64,000 bases of DNA from a virus. Shown here piece after piece: positions 29,535 to 39,700 of the stretch (its first letter is position 1; each line of letters begins with the position of its first letter). Location: IMG/VR virus record IMGVR_UViG_3300017735_002163, positions 19,377-83,376 of that record; one strand, written 5' to 3'. The notes below the pieces were generated by a model, which saw only the letters and a list, made by a program, of their open reading frames with translations, was not told the origin of the DNA and searched no databases. The translations under genes and the position numbers were made by a program.

Positions 29535-30251
29535 TCAGTCAGCAAATGCTCGTTCGAGCATGAAGTCGCCCATTTCGCCAGTGTTTCCTTCTTCCCAATT
29601 TAAATATGAAAAACGCTCTCTGCATTCTTTATTAAGTGAGGGAGAACCGCAAACCATAACAGCATCAGTTTCTTTGGTTAAAGGTGAACCGAGAACTGGT
29701 TCAATGTGATTCCAAAACCTGCCTTGCCTAAAATAGTTTTCTCTGGTTACAGAAGGAATGTATAAAAATGGCATCATACCTGATATATCTTCCATGCTGT
29801 CCTTGTATGTAAGTTCTGCTACTTCTCTTACAGTGTGGAACAAATAGACGTTGTCGAACCTATCGTATGTTGCAGGGTCTTTAGCAATGCTTACAAACGG
29901 TGCTATGCCTGTTCCTGTTGCTAACATTACTAAATTCTTTTTGGGTAATAAGTAATCACAAACTAAACTACCTGTAGTTTTTGGACCTACTAATATATCG
30001 TCACCTATTTTAATATTTTGCAATTTACTTGTGAGAGGGCCATCTTGAACTTTAATACTGAGGAACTCTAAGTGGTCATCATAATTAGTGCTTACAATAC
30101 TGTATGCTCTCATTATTTTTTTAGGTTCGAGCTCTAATCCTATCATAGCAAACTCTCCGTTTTTAAAACGGAAGGTTTTATCTCTTGTAGTTTTAAAAGA
30201 AAATAAGCGATCGCTGTAGTGTGTGATTTCAGTAACTTGCTCTTTATTCAT
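29535..30251 (-). CDS. fpr: ferredoxin-NADP+ reductase (start revised to MNKEQ)
   Basis: RAYS, GPLTS, ATGTGIAPF, CGSP, C-terminal ERAF. Confidence 0.92.
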   Translation of the reverse strand: MNKEQVTEITHYSDRLFSFKTTRDKTFRFKNGEFAMIGLELEPKKIMRAYSIVSTNYDDHLEFLSIKVQDGPLTSKLQNIKIGDDILVGPKTTGSLVCDYLLPKKNLVMLATGTGIAPFVSIAKDPATYDRFDNVYLFHTVREVAELTYKDSMEDISGMMPFLYIPSVTRENYFRQGRFWNHIEPVLGSPLTKETDAVMVCGSPSLNKECRERFSYLNWEEGNTGEMGDFMLERAFAD

Positions 30252-30265
30252 GTAGATATTTATTA

Positions 30266-30793
30266 CTATCTGTTCTTGGAGCATTCTTTTCTGGCACGAC
30301 TCCAGACATGAAAATTGTTTGCCACAATAGCGGCCATAAAATAATTTGCACCAGCGAAATCCTCGTCTGTTAAAACAGTTCGTTTGGTACCGATAAACAT
30401 AGCCGGTATTATAACTACTGATTTTAAAAATACTATTTCATGTAACTCAGGCTTTTTATCCAGTAGCGGATTTGCTTCCTCAATACAATCATACTTTACT
30501 GCTTCAACTGTGTTGTATATATCTAACAACTGAAATGCTGTAAACATTGCCCAGGATAATGGCGAAGCAGGTTCTTTCAGTGGTGGTAGATCTAAAGTGA
30601 TGGCTGGCGGGTATTCGTATTCGAATGTTGCTTGTCGAACTTCCGCTAAAACTTCTTTGCTATAGCAACACCCATGGCCATTGTTTATAAAAAATATTTG
30701 CTCAGGAGAAAGATTTGCTGGGAGATCTGTTGCGTAACAGTTAAGAGAAAGTAGCGACAACATAATCATTGCCGCTAATTTCATTATTCGCAC
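30266..30793 (-). CDS. hypothetical secreted/membrane protein
   Basis: Signal-peptide-like N-terminus, EANPLL, hydrophobic segments. Confidence 0.6.
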   Translation of the reverse strand: MRIMKLAAMIMLSLLSLNCYATDLPANLSPEQIFFINNGHGCCYSKEVLAEVRQATFEYEYPPAITLDLPPLKEPASPLSWAMFTAFQLLDIYNTVEAVKYDCIEEANPLLDKKPELHEIVFLKSVVIIPAMFIGTKRTVLTDEDFAGANYFMAAIVANNFHVWSRARKECSKNR

Positions 30794-30890
30794 TCCTTAG
30801 GATTACTCGAACAATAGTCTTTAATTTGTTTTATTAACATTTTAATATCATCCTCATTGTCCTGCTTATCTTTGCGATTAGATAACAGGC

Positions 30891-31175
30891 TTAATCCTTT
30901 TTTGGTGCTTCTGGTTCTTTTTGTAGTTCGTCAGTTTGTTTGTCAACTTCGGTTGCGACAGTTTCTACAACACCTTGTGCAGTGTTAATAGTTACGTCTG
31001 CAATTGCTTTTGCATCGTTAGTTACTGCAACTGCCATTGTGGCGGCTCCGCCAACAACGCTGTCCACAGTACCTGTGACAATCTCTGTTCCTGCATTCCA
31101 GGCCCCTCCAACTGAGGCGCACCCTACAGTGCCTAAACAAAGTACCGCTACGAAGAACTTAATATGTGTATTCAT
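30891..31175 (-). CDS. putative lipoprotein (start likely MNTHIK)
   Basis: GGAG RBS; hydrophobic leader ending TVGC; amphipathic Ala/Val/Thr helix. Confidence 0.6.
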   Translation of the reverse strand: MNTHIKFFVAVLCLGTVGCASVGGAWNAGTEIVTGTVDSVVGGAATMAVAVTNDAKAIADVTINTAQGVVETVATEVDKQTDELQKEPEAPKKD

Positions 31176-31235
31176 ATTATCTCCATGGTTAAATAGCATG
31201 CCAACTGCAATGCTACACTATTATTTATCTGAAAG

Positions 31236-31544
31236 TTAGATGCCGTGGCTGTTAAAAGGACGATCTCCTGCTAAACTGTGTTGATCGTGTAGGTGTAATT
31301 CGTAGGCCAAGATATCTTTGGTATTTTGGCAGTCGGTAGTGTGCAGTAGTTTTAATATTTCCATTCTGTTTGCTTCTTCTATTTGATGTACTACGTCACA
31401 CCACATATAAAATACTGCAAATATACTTGGCACAATGATAATATAAAATACTAACCATGGGAAAAAGAAAGTGATAATTAAAACGTGTACGCCTATGACT
31501 GATAGTGAATATATCTTGAGACTATTGAGCCATTTACTTAGCAT
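31236..31544 (-). CDS. hypothetical membrane protein, 102 aa
   Basis: Two adjacent hydrophobic segments. Confidence 0.6.
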   Translation of the reverse strand: MLSKWLNSLKIYSLSVIGVHVLIITFFFPWLVFYIIIVPSIFAVFYMWCDVVHQIEEANRMEILKLLHTTDCQNTKDILAYELHLHDQHSLAGDRPFNSHGI

Positions 31545-31701
31545 CGACCTTCAGGTTTAGTTGTTCTATGTATGCATTGCTGTGCCAATAAGTATCTAAC
31601 ACAATGTCAGCCACAAGAGCAATTAACACCAATGTTAGTATTACAGAAAGGTATAGGTTTATACCCGCAGATATTTTTAACCACTTAATCATATGCTTCA
31701 T
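31534..31701 (-). CDS. small membrane protein (start likely MKHMIK)
   Basis: One TM; ATG 7 nt after perfect TTGACA-17-TATAAT (31709-31737). Confidence 0.55.
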   Translation of the reverse strand: MKHMIKWLKISAGINLYLSVILTLVLIALVADIVLDTYWHSNAYIEQLNLKVDAK

Positions 31702-31743
31702 AGGATATATTATAGTTGATATTGTAGGACTTGTCAACCGGTT

Positions 31744-32631
31744 TTAATTGCTACCGTTTACTGTTACTGAACATCCTGCTGTGTTATAACATACACCTGT
31801 TATACTGTAACTGCCGGCCGATGATGTCATGTTTTGATCTAAGTCAAGTGTGTAAGCACCAGTACCGTATGTTAAATCAATTGCCGCTGTTGCGTTATTG
31901 CCACCACGTTGATTAACATCAACACTATGCCCGTCACCATCTAACACAATGTCTGCCCATTTAACACCACCGTTGCCTCGTTGATATAACACCACATCAT
32001 TGTAATCACCTGTTATCTCTATAAAGCCATCGTGTCCTGATTTGCCTAACTGCCTGTGGTCTACATCATTGTAGTCACCTGTTATAATGTTTGCCAAATG
32101 ATGAGGACCTGCGTTAGTACCGCCTGACGATCTGTTAGTATCTGTTTGGCTACTTGCTAAAGTATTGTTGGAGCCATCTATGGTCCAATATGCTTCGTGG
32201 CCGCCTTCTTCGTCTATGTCAAGATTGCCTGTTAAATGTTTACCTTGCCACACTTTGAGATCATTATTACTACCAGTTGCATCTACTTTTGCAAAGTTAT
32301 CGTTGCCGCCATTGCCTTGAAATAAATCAAACGTGTTGTTACTGCCATTTAAGTTACCTTCAAATAAATGACTGTAGCCTTGCTGATAAAATGTTAAGTT
32401 ATTAGACGCACCAAGTAATTGACTATTGATGTCTATGCCTTGGATTACATTGTCGTATCCATCTTGTGTTACCGTTAGAGTAAGATTGTCACCTGCTTGG
32501 TCAATGAGAATAATGTTGTCTGCATTTGCTGTCATAGGCATTAATAAAAACATGCCCAGTATAATATATCCCAATACTAAAAGAGGGGTATCTTTTGGTT
32601 TCATTTCGTTTAGTTTTTTATCTATGTTCAT
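31744..32631 (-). CDS. curlin-like (CsgA/CsgB-type) repeat protein
   Basis: Signal peptide (ANA-D); repeated Q-x-G-x2-N, Asn/Gly-rich units; in the csgG operon. Confidence 0.7.
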   Translation of the reverse strand: MNIDKKLNEMKPKDTPLLVLGYIILGMFLLMPMTANADNIILIDQAGDNLTLTVTQDGYDNVIQGIDINSQLLGASNNLTFYQQGYSHLFEGNLNGSNNTFDLFQGNGGNDNFAKVDATGSNNDLKVWQGKHLTGNLDIDEEGGHEAYWTIDGSNNTLASSQTDTNRSSGGTNAGPHHLANIITGDYNDVDHRQLGKSGHDGFIEITGDYNDVVLYQRGNGGVKWADIVLDGDGHSVDVNQRGGNNATAAIDLTYGTGAYTLDLDQNMTSSAGSYSITGVCYNTAGCSVTVNGSN

Positions 32632-32632
32632 A

Positions 32633-33820
32633 TTAACCTTGTGTTTGTCTTATGTATATATTTATACCTGAACAATCATTTACACATATAACGTTAGTTC
32701 TATTCTCTATGTCTGTTTCAAGTCTTGCATTACTGCCAACTGGCACTTTAACACTGATAGTACCATTAACTTCTCTGTAGAACCATATAAATCCAGAACG
32801 ATCTATTATGGTATTAAATTGTGTTTTTGGATCAAACCCTGATGCTAATGTACCTGTTATTATATCAACGCCTTGTTGTCCTTCTGTTTTTTCTGACAAC
32901 ACTGCAAGTTTATCTGCTTCGTCTAATATTTCTAATAAATCCTGTAAAAAATCAACACCTAATATGTCAACATCTAATTCACTGAATTCTAAGTCTATGC
33001 TATCTTCATTTTGATCGTCGAGCAAATTTTCTTCTAAGAAATCTATATCGAGATCACTGAATGCTAAGTAGTCAATGCCCTTTCTTGCTTCTATTTGTTG
33101 TTCTTCTGCTTCTGTGATTTCTGCTGGTTCACTTACAATAAACATGTTGTCTATCATATTTAAATTTAAATCTTGTATAACCACTGGCTGAGTTGGCGGT
33201 GTTTCAAACGTGCTTACCATTACTGCTTGATAGGCTTCTTCTAATACAACTGTTCCGCCATCATTAGTAACTGTGATAGCACCGGACGGTCTACACCCTT
33301 CTTCTAATTTTACCTTGTCTGTGCAATTTGCATCTGGCAATAGTATAACTAAACTCCTGCCTAATTCATCTACTGTGGTTGTAAAATCTGTTCCACGCAC
33401 ACCAATTGTTGCTGTGGGAGTTTGTATGGCTATGTTTTCTTTTGGTACAAGTCCTAATCCGCCTGTGGCAAATCTTGCTGTGCCTGACACAAAATTCATT
33501 GCCATTTTACTTTTGCTTGGATCGGGGTCGTAGACATACTCATTGATTACTATCAACGTATTTTCTGTCAGACTGACCTGTGTTTTATCTACGAATTCAA
33601 TTTTAAGTCTACCTGCTGTAGTTTCTACATTGTCCATACTAACAATTGTAGAATCTAAAACTGCAGACAGTTTTTCACCAGATGTTCGTTCTATACTACC
33701 CGGATTTCCAGTCTGCTCAAATACGCCGCCTATCCTTTCAGCGGCGCTTGAGTTAGACAAAAACGAAAACAGTACAACAAAACTAATCTTTCTGAGTAAT
33801 GCTAACTGTTGCGTTTTCAC
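32633..33820 (-). CDS. FecR-domain periplasmic protein
   Basis: Signal peptide; TPTATIGVRGTDF FecR motif; acidic linker. Confidence 0.85.
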   Translation of the reverse strand: MKTQQLALLRKISFVVLFSFLSNSSAAERIGGVFEQTGNPGSIERTSGEKLSAVLDSTIVSMDNVETTAGRLKIEFVDKTQVSLTENTLIVINEYVYDPDPSKSKMAMNFVSGTARFATGGLGLVPKENIAIQTPTATIGVRGTDFTTTVDELGRSLVILLPDANCTDKVKLEEGCRPSGAITVTNDGGTVVLEEAYQAVMVSTFETPPTQPVVIQDLNLNMIDNMFIVSEPAEITEAEEQQIEARKGIDYLAFSDLDIDFLEENLLDDQNEDSIDLEFSELDVDILGVDFLQDLLEILDEADKLAVLSEKTEGQQGVDIITGTLASGFDPKTQFNTIIDRSGFIWFYREVNGTISVKVPVGSNARLETDIENRTNVICVNDCSGINIYIRQTQG

Positions 33821-34505
33821 TGTCTATATCTAAATCCATATGACCGTAGCATGAAGTTGCACCAGTGGCACATGTACCGGAACTTTGAATTAAATCAATG
33901 TCTCCGCCTGAACCGTCGTATACTACTTTCATGTACTGATCTGCACCATCAGTTTGGCTGGTTACAATATCGTTATTATCACCAGTTAGGTCAAAATTCC
34001 AAGTTGCATCATCGACTTCAATGTCAATGTCCCATACGTTGCTGTCACCTAAGATTGCTAAGTCGAAATCTAATCTTTCTGCACTTGCGGCTGATCCTAA
34101 GTCAAAGTCAAACGTATTTGAATCACCTTGAATTGTAGCGAGTATATTGCCTGTATCGGCTGAACCTGTGTCACCAACTTTGATGTCCCAGATATTACTG
34201 CTACCAGTAAAAGTCCAATCGTATGTACTGCTGTCTGCAGTTATACTACCAAAAAACTCATTACTGTTACCTATTTGGTCTAAATCGATATTCAATGATG
34301 AACCAACTATAGTTAGATCACTACTTTGATCTGTATCGCCGGCTATCTTGTTACCAAAACCTTGTTGTAAAATAGTTAAATTCAGTGTGTCACCAACTTG
34401 ATCAATTAAGATTTCATTATCAGTTGCACCTGCTGAATAAACTGCTCCACTAAAGGTCATTAACCCTACTACCAAACTTAATGCTGATAAAGTTTTATTC
34501 AACAT
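33783..34505 (-). CDS. curlin-like repeat protein
   Basis: Signal peptide; repeated (Q/I)-x-G-x-x-N beta-solenoid-like units; directly after csgG. Confidence 0.65.
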   Translation of the reverse strand: MLNKTLSALSLVVGLMTFSGAVYSAGATDNEILIDQVGDTLNLTILQQGFGNKIAGDTDQSSDLTIVGSSLNIDLDQIGNSNEFFGSITADSSTYDWTFTGSSNIWDIKVGDTGSADTGNILATIQGDSNTFDFDLGSAASAERLDFDLAILGDSNVWDIDIEVDDATWNFDLTGDNNDIVTSQTDGADQYMKVVYDGSGGDIDLIQSSGTCATGATSCYGHMDLDIDSENATVSITQKD

Positions 34506-35412
34506 TTGTTTCTCCTATGTTTAAATTTTCTACAGGTGGGAGACTTTCAGCATCATTGCTGGTAATCGTCCAGTAACCTCTATCGTCACCTTGTTCGATG
34601 AGTGCAAGTACTGCCGCTTCCGTGGCGCTCCTTACTGCCCATGTCACACTTTCGTTAGAAGTAATTCCTGTTTCTAATTCTAATAATTTTGTATCCATGT
34701 CAAGAAAACGAAATACATCTCCTCCCATGCCTACACTAAGTATTGTCTTGTATGTCTGTACGTTAAGTATAACTTCGCCTGTTAAAGTACTAACAGCACG
34801 TAGACTAACAATAATGCTGTCTCGTCTGTATTGAGCACTTCCGCCGATACCTAAATATCTGGCTCCGTTACCTCCTGTTTCTATGTTACTATCGTACCCA
34901 ACTATACCGCCTTCAAGTAAAATACCCGCAAACAACATTGGTTGTAGTTTTTGGCTCTCTTTACCTGCTTTGGCATAATCGTCTCTGGTACTGCGGATAA
35001 TTTGTCTTTCTCTGACCAGGTTATCCAGACCTACTCCTCTTTCAACAACACGGAACCAAGTACCGTTTGCAGTCTCACCTGCGCCTGCCGCCTTAAGAGC
35101 ATCAATTAACAATGCTTTTGCACCCTGCGTTACTGCTGTGCTGAACAATGCTATATTGTCTTTTTGTTTTCTTTGACCTGTTAAGTCAGAGAACTGATAT
35201 ACTGCAACCACAGGCATTACTTCTGCAGGTGGTAACTGTCTTAATCTTTCATATGTTGGTAATTCGACTTGTTTTGGTTCTTCGACACACTCCATTACAT
35301 TGTCGTAACACCACTCGCCTGTTAATGCATTATTAGGCAATGACATTGATGCACACCCCGACATTATCGTGCTAAAAAGTAGTGTAGCAATTAGCGAACT
35401 ATAACTTTTCAT
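34495..35412 (-). CDS. csgG: curli secretion channel CsgG
   Basis: Lipobox MSGC; VAVYQFSDLTGQRK, STAVTQG, WFRVVER, ERQIIR, GGNGARYLGIG. Confidence 0.95.
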   Translation of the reverse strand: MKSYSSLIATLLFSTIMSGCASMSLPNNALTGEWCYDNVMECVEEPKQVELPTYERLRQLPPAEVMPVVAVYQFSDLTGQRKQKDNIALFSTAVTQGAKALLIDALKAAGAGETANGTWFRVVERGVGLDNLVRERQIIRSTRDDYAKAGKESQKLQPMLFAGILLEGGIVGYDSNIETGGNGARYLGIGGSAQYRRDSIIVSLRAVSTLTGEVILNVQTYKTILSVGMGGDVFRFLDMDTKLLELETGITSNESVTWAVRSATEAAVLALIEQGDDRGYWTITSNDAESLPPVENLNIGETNVE

Positions 35413-35418
35413 ATTGTC

Positions 35419-35961
35419 TTATCCGCCGCCGATGGCAACTCCTACAGGTATATCTATTGTAGTCATTGTTCCGTCTGAGCTTACAATGGTTAGCCTAATT
35501 ATTTCTATGCCGTCATCTCCAACCATTCTTTCGTATGTGACTGTATTTCCTTCGATAGTGAACACACCATAGTCTGCTCCGTCTTCGTTACCGAACATAC
35601 TGTCTACTAACTGTCTACTAATTTGACTGTAAATTCTACTTTCTAAATTTCTCAAAAATTTATTAAGTGTTGAATTTTCTTCTTCACGCTGAATTCTTAA
35701 TAGCTCAGCGTCTATTTGATCTTTAATTTTGTCTTTACGACTTTTTTGTTGATTCTCAATGGTTAGGTAATGGGCGCCTGTTCCTACACCACTGAAACTT
35801 GGATTTTTAAATTTATGTACTAATTCGTCTGCTAATGCTAACGGACTCATGAATAATAGTCCTAACATTATACCGAATGCAAATGCTTTGAATAAATCAC
35901 TACCAGACCATATACGTGGTCCTACTTGCGATTTAAGTAACTCCCAATCTTTATCTCTCAT
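35419..35961 (-). CDS. csgF: curli assembly protein CsgF (start likely MRDKD)
   Basis: ELVHKFKNPSFSG mature N-terminal motif; upstream of csgG. Confidence 0.85.
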   Translation of the reverse strand: MRDKDWELLKSQVGPRIWSGSDLFKAFAFGIMLGLLFMSPLALADELVHKFKNPSFSGVGTGAHYLTIENQQKSRKDKIKDQIDAELLRIQREEENSTLNKFLRNLESRIYSQISRQLVDSMFGNEDGADYGVFTIEGNTVTYERMVGDDGIEIIRLTIVSSDGTMTTIDIPVGVAIGGG

Positions 35962-36268
35962 CTGTCTGTACCTCTGACTGTAGTGTGGCAAGAGCCTCTT
36001 TTTGCTTGGCTTCTTTTATTACCTTCTGTCTTTCTTTGTATTCTAAAACTACATTTACTTTTTGCTGTAGTCGTATCATATCCTGATCAAGCATTCGTGT
36101 TTGATCAATTACACGTATTAATGCCATATGCATTGTTTCTAATTCGGGGTCTATTTTCTCACCTATAAACCACCAAACATAATATATAAAATATCCTAAT
36201 CCTACACAAAGTACTATTGGAAAGCCAAATGTGTTAATTGCTTCAGCAATTCCATTCACATCTTCCAT
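35951..36268 (-). CDS. small membrane protein, 105 aa
   Basis: N-terminal TM (FGFPI...) then coiled coil; paralog-like to the next gene. Confidence 0.7.
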   Translation of the reverse strand: MEDVNGIAEAINTFGFPIVLCVGLGYFIYYVWWFIGEKIDPELETMHMALIRVIDQTRMLDQDMIRLQQKVNVVLEYKERQKVIKEAKQKEALATLQSEVQTDER

Positions 36269-36564
36269 TAGTCTCTCCTTGCATCAATTTTGTTATCTTC
36301 TACAAAATTTTCTGCTCGTGCTACTCTGTCGATGTCAGGGCTTAGTTCAAGAGCACTACTTACAAGCAAGTCAATTTTCATCATCTCATTGCTCATTGTT
36401 CTGGCTCGATTTTCTAAACTATTACAAAATATAGTTAGAGTTTTTATTTGCCCTACTATGCCTTCAAGTATTTGTTTGATAACAAGGAATATGAAAAAAC
36501 CCATTACCATACTGCCGGCAATTGGTGCTCCAACTTCTGCTATTAATCCAAAAATTTCATTCAT
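36268..36564 (-). CDS. small membrane protein, 98 aa
   Basis: N-terminal TM (VGAPI...) then coiled coil. Confidence 0.7.
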   Translation of the reverse strand: MNEIFGLIAEVGAPIAGSMVMGFFIFLVIKQILEGIVGQIKTLTIFCNSLENRARTMSNEMMKIDLLVSSALELSPDIDRVARAENFVEDNKIDARRD

Positions 36565-36702
36565 ACAATGTGTACCTGTCTTTGTTGTACTCTTTTTTTA
36601 GGTGTTTTGTATGTATGTGTGTTCTATTATACTATCTGTGTTTTAAACTTACCTATCTCTCCTGTACCTATTATTTATCACATTTGTAACCAAAAATTGT
36701 AC

Positions 36703-36733
36703 CAAAAAAAAGCACTCCGAAGAGTGCTTTTAA
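36703..36733 (-). terminator. intrinsic terminator with C(UUCG)G tetraloop
   Basis: GCACTC-TTCG-GAGTGC + T8; identical to 48441-48471. Confidence 0.9.
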
Positions 36734-36757
36734 AGTTTCTATAATTGTTGTTATAGT

Positions 36758-39700
36758 TTATTGTAAGTTGATTAATGCTTCAACAACACCGTTACCATCT
36801 TCGTTTTCGCTAATTGCTTTACCGATGATTGTACCTGACTTAACGTTTTCTGGGTCAGCGCCTTTGGCTCTACCTGGAATACCTGATGTTACAAGTAAGT
36901 CACCTTTGCCAATTGGACCAACAACTTTAACTGGTACCCTTCCGCATAATGCTACTGGAGTTCCACCTGCTAATTCACTGTTCATCAAGTATGCTGGGTC
37001 TGTGGAAACAACACCTGCTACACGGTAATCTTCATCACCTGCACATTCTGTTATTTCTGCATCGCCACCAAACACAACAACTGTACCTGCATCATACACT
37101 GCATCTGCTGAATAGTTCTCAGCCAAATCCGCATATCTTGCCGTTGTTGCTGTTGCACTAACTACGCCAGCACTAAAGTTACCGGAACCGTCTCTGGCAA
37201 CCACTGTACTTGCTGTATTGGCTGATGTTGCGTTAACATTTAATGTAGCACTACCACTTGATGCGCCACCTGTTAAGTATGAACCTGCCACAACTGCTGT
37301 AATATCACCTACGTTGCCTGTTAGTCCACTTATGCGTCCTGTTACGTGATCGTATACGTCATTACCTGTTGGTATTGATGTGCCGCCGTTTGCAACTGCA
37401 CCAGTAGAAACACTTAATGTAACACTACCACTTGAACCGCCGCCACTTAAATGTGTACCTGCTGTAACACCAGTGATGTCACCAACGTTACTTGTCCAAC
37501 CGGAGTCATTGTTAAACTGACTTAGTTTAAATTCACCAATTGCTTTCTTTCTCTCAGCGCCTGAATCAAGTAAAATAAGTTCGTCATTAGCACCGCTAAC
37601 ATCTGCTGTCATATCAGTAAGTTCTGATAAGTCTAAAGTGATGCTTGGTGTACCTGAAGTACCTCCGCCGTCTAAACCTGTACCTACTGTAATACCTGTT
37701 AAGTAACCAGTGTCTGTTAAACTAATAACACCTGTTGAGCTGTTATATGTAACACCAGTTCCACCACTAACTAATCCTCTAACATGTGAATCGCTTAGTG
37801 CTAAACTAACACTACCACTTGATCCACCGCCAGTTAAACCGTTACCAGCACTTACGTTTGTTATATCACCAACTGTTGTTGAGTAACCGTATGCTTCAAT
37901 CTTATCAGCAACTGCTTTTGCTGTCATTAACACTGTGTCTGAATCACTAAATGCTTCTGAACTTAATTGTATTGCCGCTCCAGCAAAGTCACCAACTGTT
38001 AAATCTGGTAGTCTTGCACTTGCAATAGTACCTGATGCTATTTGACTTGCACCAATTGATATTGAAACTTCGCCACTTGCAGTTAAACGTCCTTTTGCAT
38101 CAACTGTAAATGTTGATACTGTGCCAGCGTCACCAAATGATCCAACTGATGCGGCTGTATCTGCTAATGCTAAACTAACACTACCACTTGAACCACCACC
38201 TGTTAAACCTGAGCCTGCACTTACGTTTGTTATATCACCAACTGTTGTTGAGTAACCATAACTTAGAATTTTATCTTGTACTGCCGCCGATGTCATTAAT
38301 GTTGTATCGTTATCTGCAAAACTTTCTGTGCTTAACTGAATTGTTGCTCCTGCAAATTCACTAATTGTTAAACCACTTACGTTTAATGTTGCTGTACCAC
38401 TTGTAGCACCGCCACTTAAACCAGTTCCTGCTACTACACCAGTAATAAAGTTTGGATCTGTTAGACTGATTACACCACTTGATAAAGTAATACCAGCACC
38501 ACCACTAAAGTGATTTCTAACTTGTGCCGCACTTGGACCTGTGTAACTAATAACACCTGTTGTGCTGTTGTATGCTAATGCACCATCACCACCGTTATCT
38601 GTTACAGAGATAGCACCTCTGGCGTCTGCGTCTGCATACATTGTAGGCTCACTATAACTTATAACACCTGTTGTGCTGTTATATGCTAAGTCACCACTTG
38701 CACTAATTGCCGCTCTTGCTCTTGCAGTTGTATGGTATTGATTAGTACCTTCTGATAAATTACTTGTGCTGTGATTAGCAATACTGCTAACTGTACCAGT
38801 TACATCACCAGTTACATCACCAGTTACATCACCAGTTACATTACCAACTACTGCGCCTCTAAATGTTGTAGCAACAAAATCTGTTGATACTGCCCATCTG
38901 TCGTTTGACTCGTCCCATAGTAACTGTACATTTGTAGCATCACCACGTTCAATTTCAATACCTGCATTGGCTGTAGGGGAACCTGATGCATTGTTGTTTA
39001 GAACGATGATGTTGTCATCAACTGTTAAAGTTTCTGTATTAACAGTAGTTTGTGTACCGTTAATTGTTAAGTTACCATTAACTATAATGTTGTCACTAAA
39101 TGTTTTAGCACCTGCTACTGTTTGAGTACCACTTGTTCTAACTACAGTATTATCTACTGAGAATGAACCGGAACTAACATCTAAGCCGTCACCTGCTGAT
39201 ACATGTGCTCTAACTTGCGCCGCACTTGGACCTGTGTAAGTAATTACACCAGTTGAGCTGTTATAAGCAAGACTTCCGTCTCCGCCTGCGTCAGTAACAC
39301 TAATTGCACTTCTGGCATCTGCATCTGCATACATAGTTGGGGTTGTATAAGACATAACACCTGTTGTGCTGTTATATGCTAAGTTGCCACCTGCACTAAT
39401 TGAAGCTCTTGCTAATGCATCAGTATACTGAGTGATAGTTGTTGCAATAGCACCGTCTGTTACAGTAATACCTGTACCAGCACTAATATGAGCTCTTACT
39501 TCTGAAGCACTTGGGCCTGTGTAAGTAATAACACCTGATGTGCTGTTGTATGCCAATGATCCGTCACCACCTGCATCTGTTACACTAATTAATCCTTTTG
39601 CATAGCTCTCATCAAGTGATATTTCGTCTGCATCAACAGTAATACCGTTGCCTTCACCAATGTTTAATGTAACTGCACCTGCTGTGCCGCCACCTGTTAA

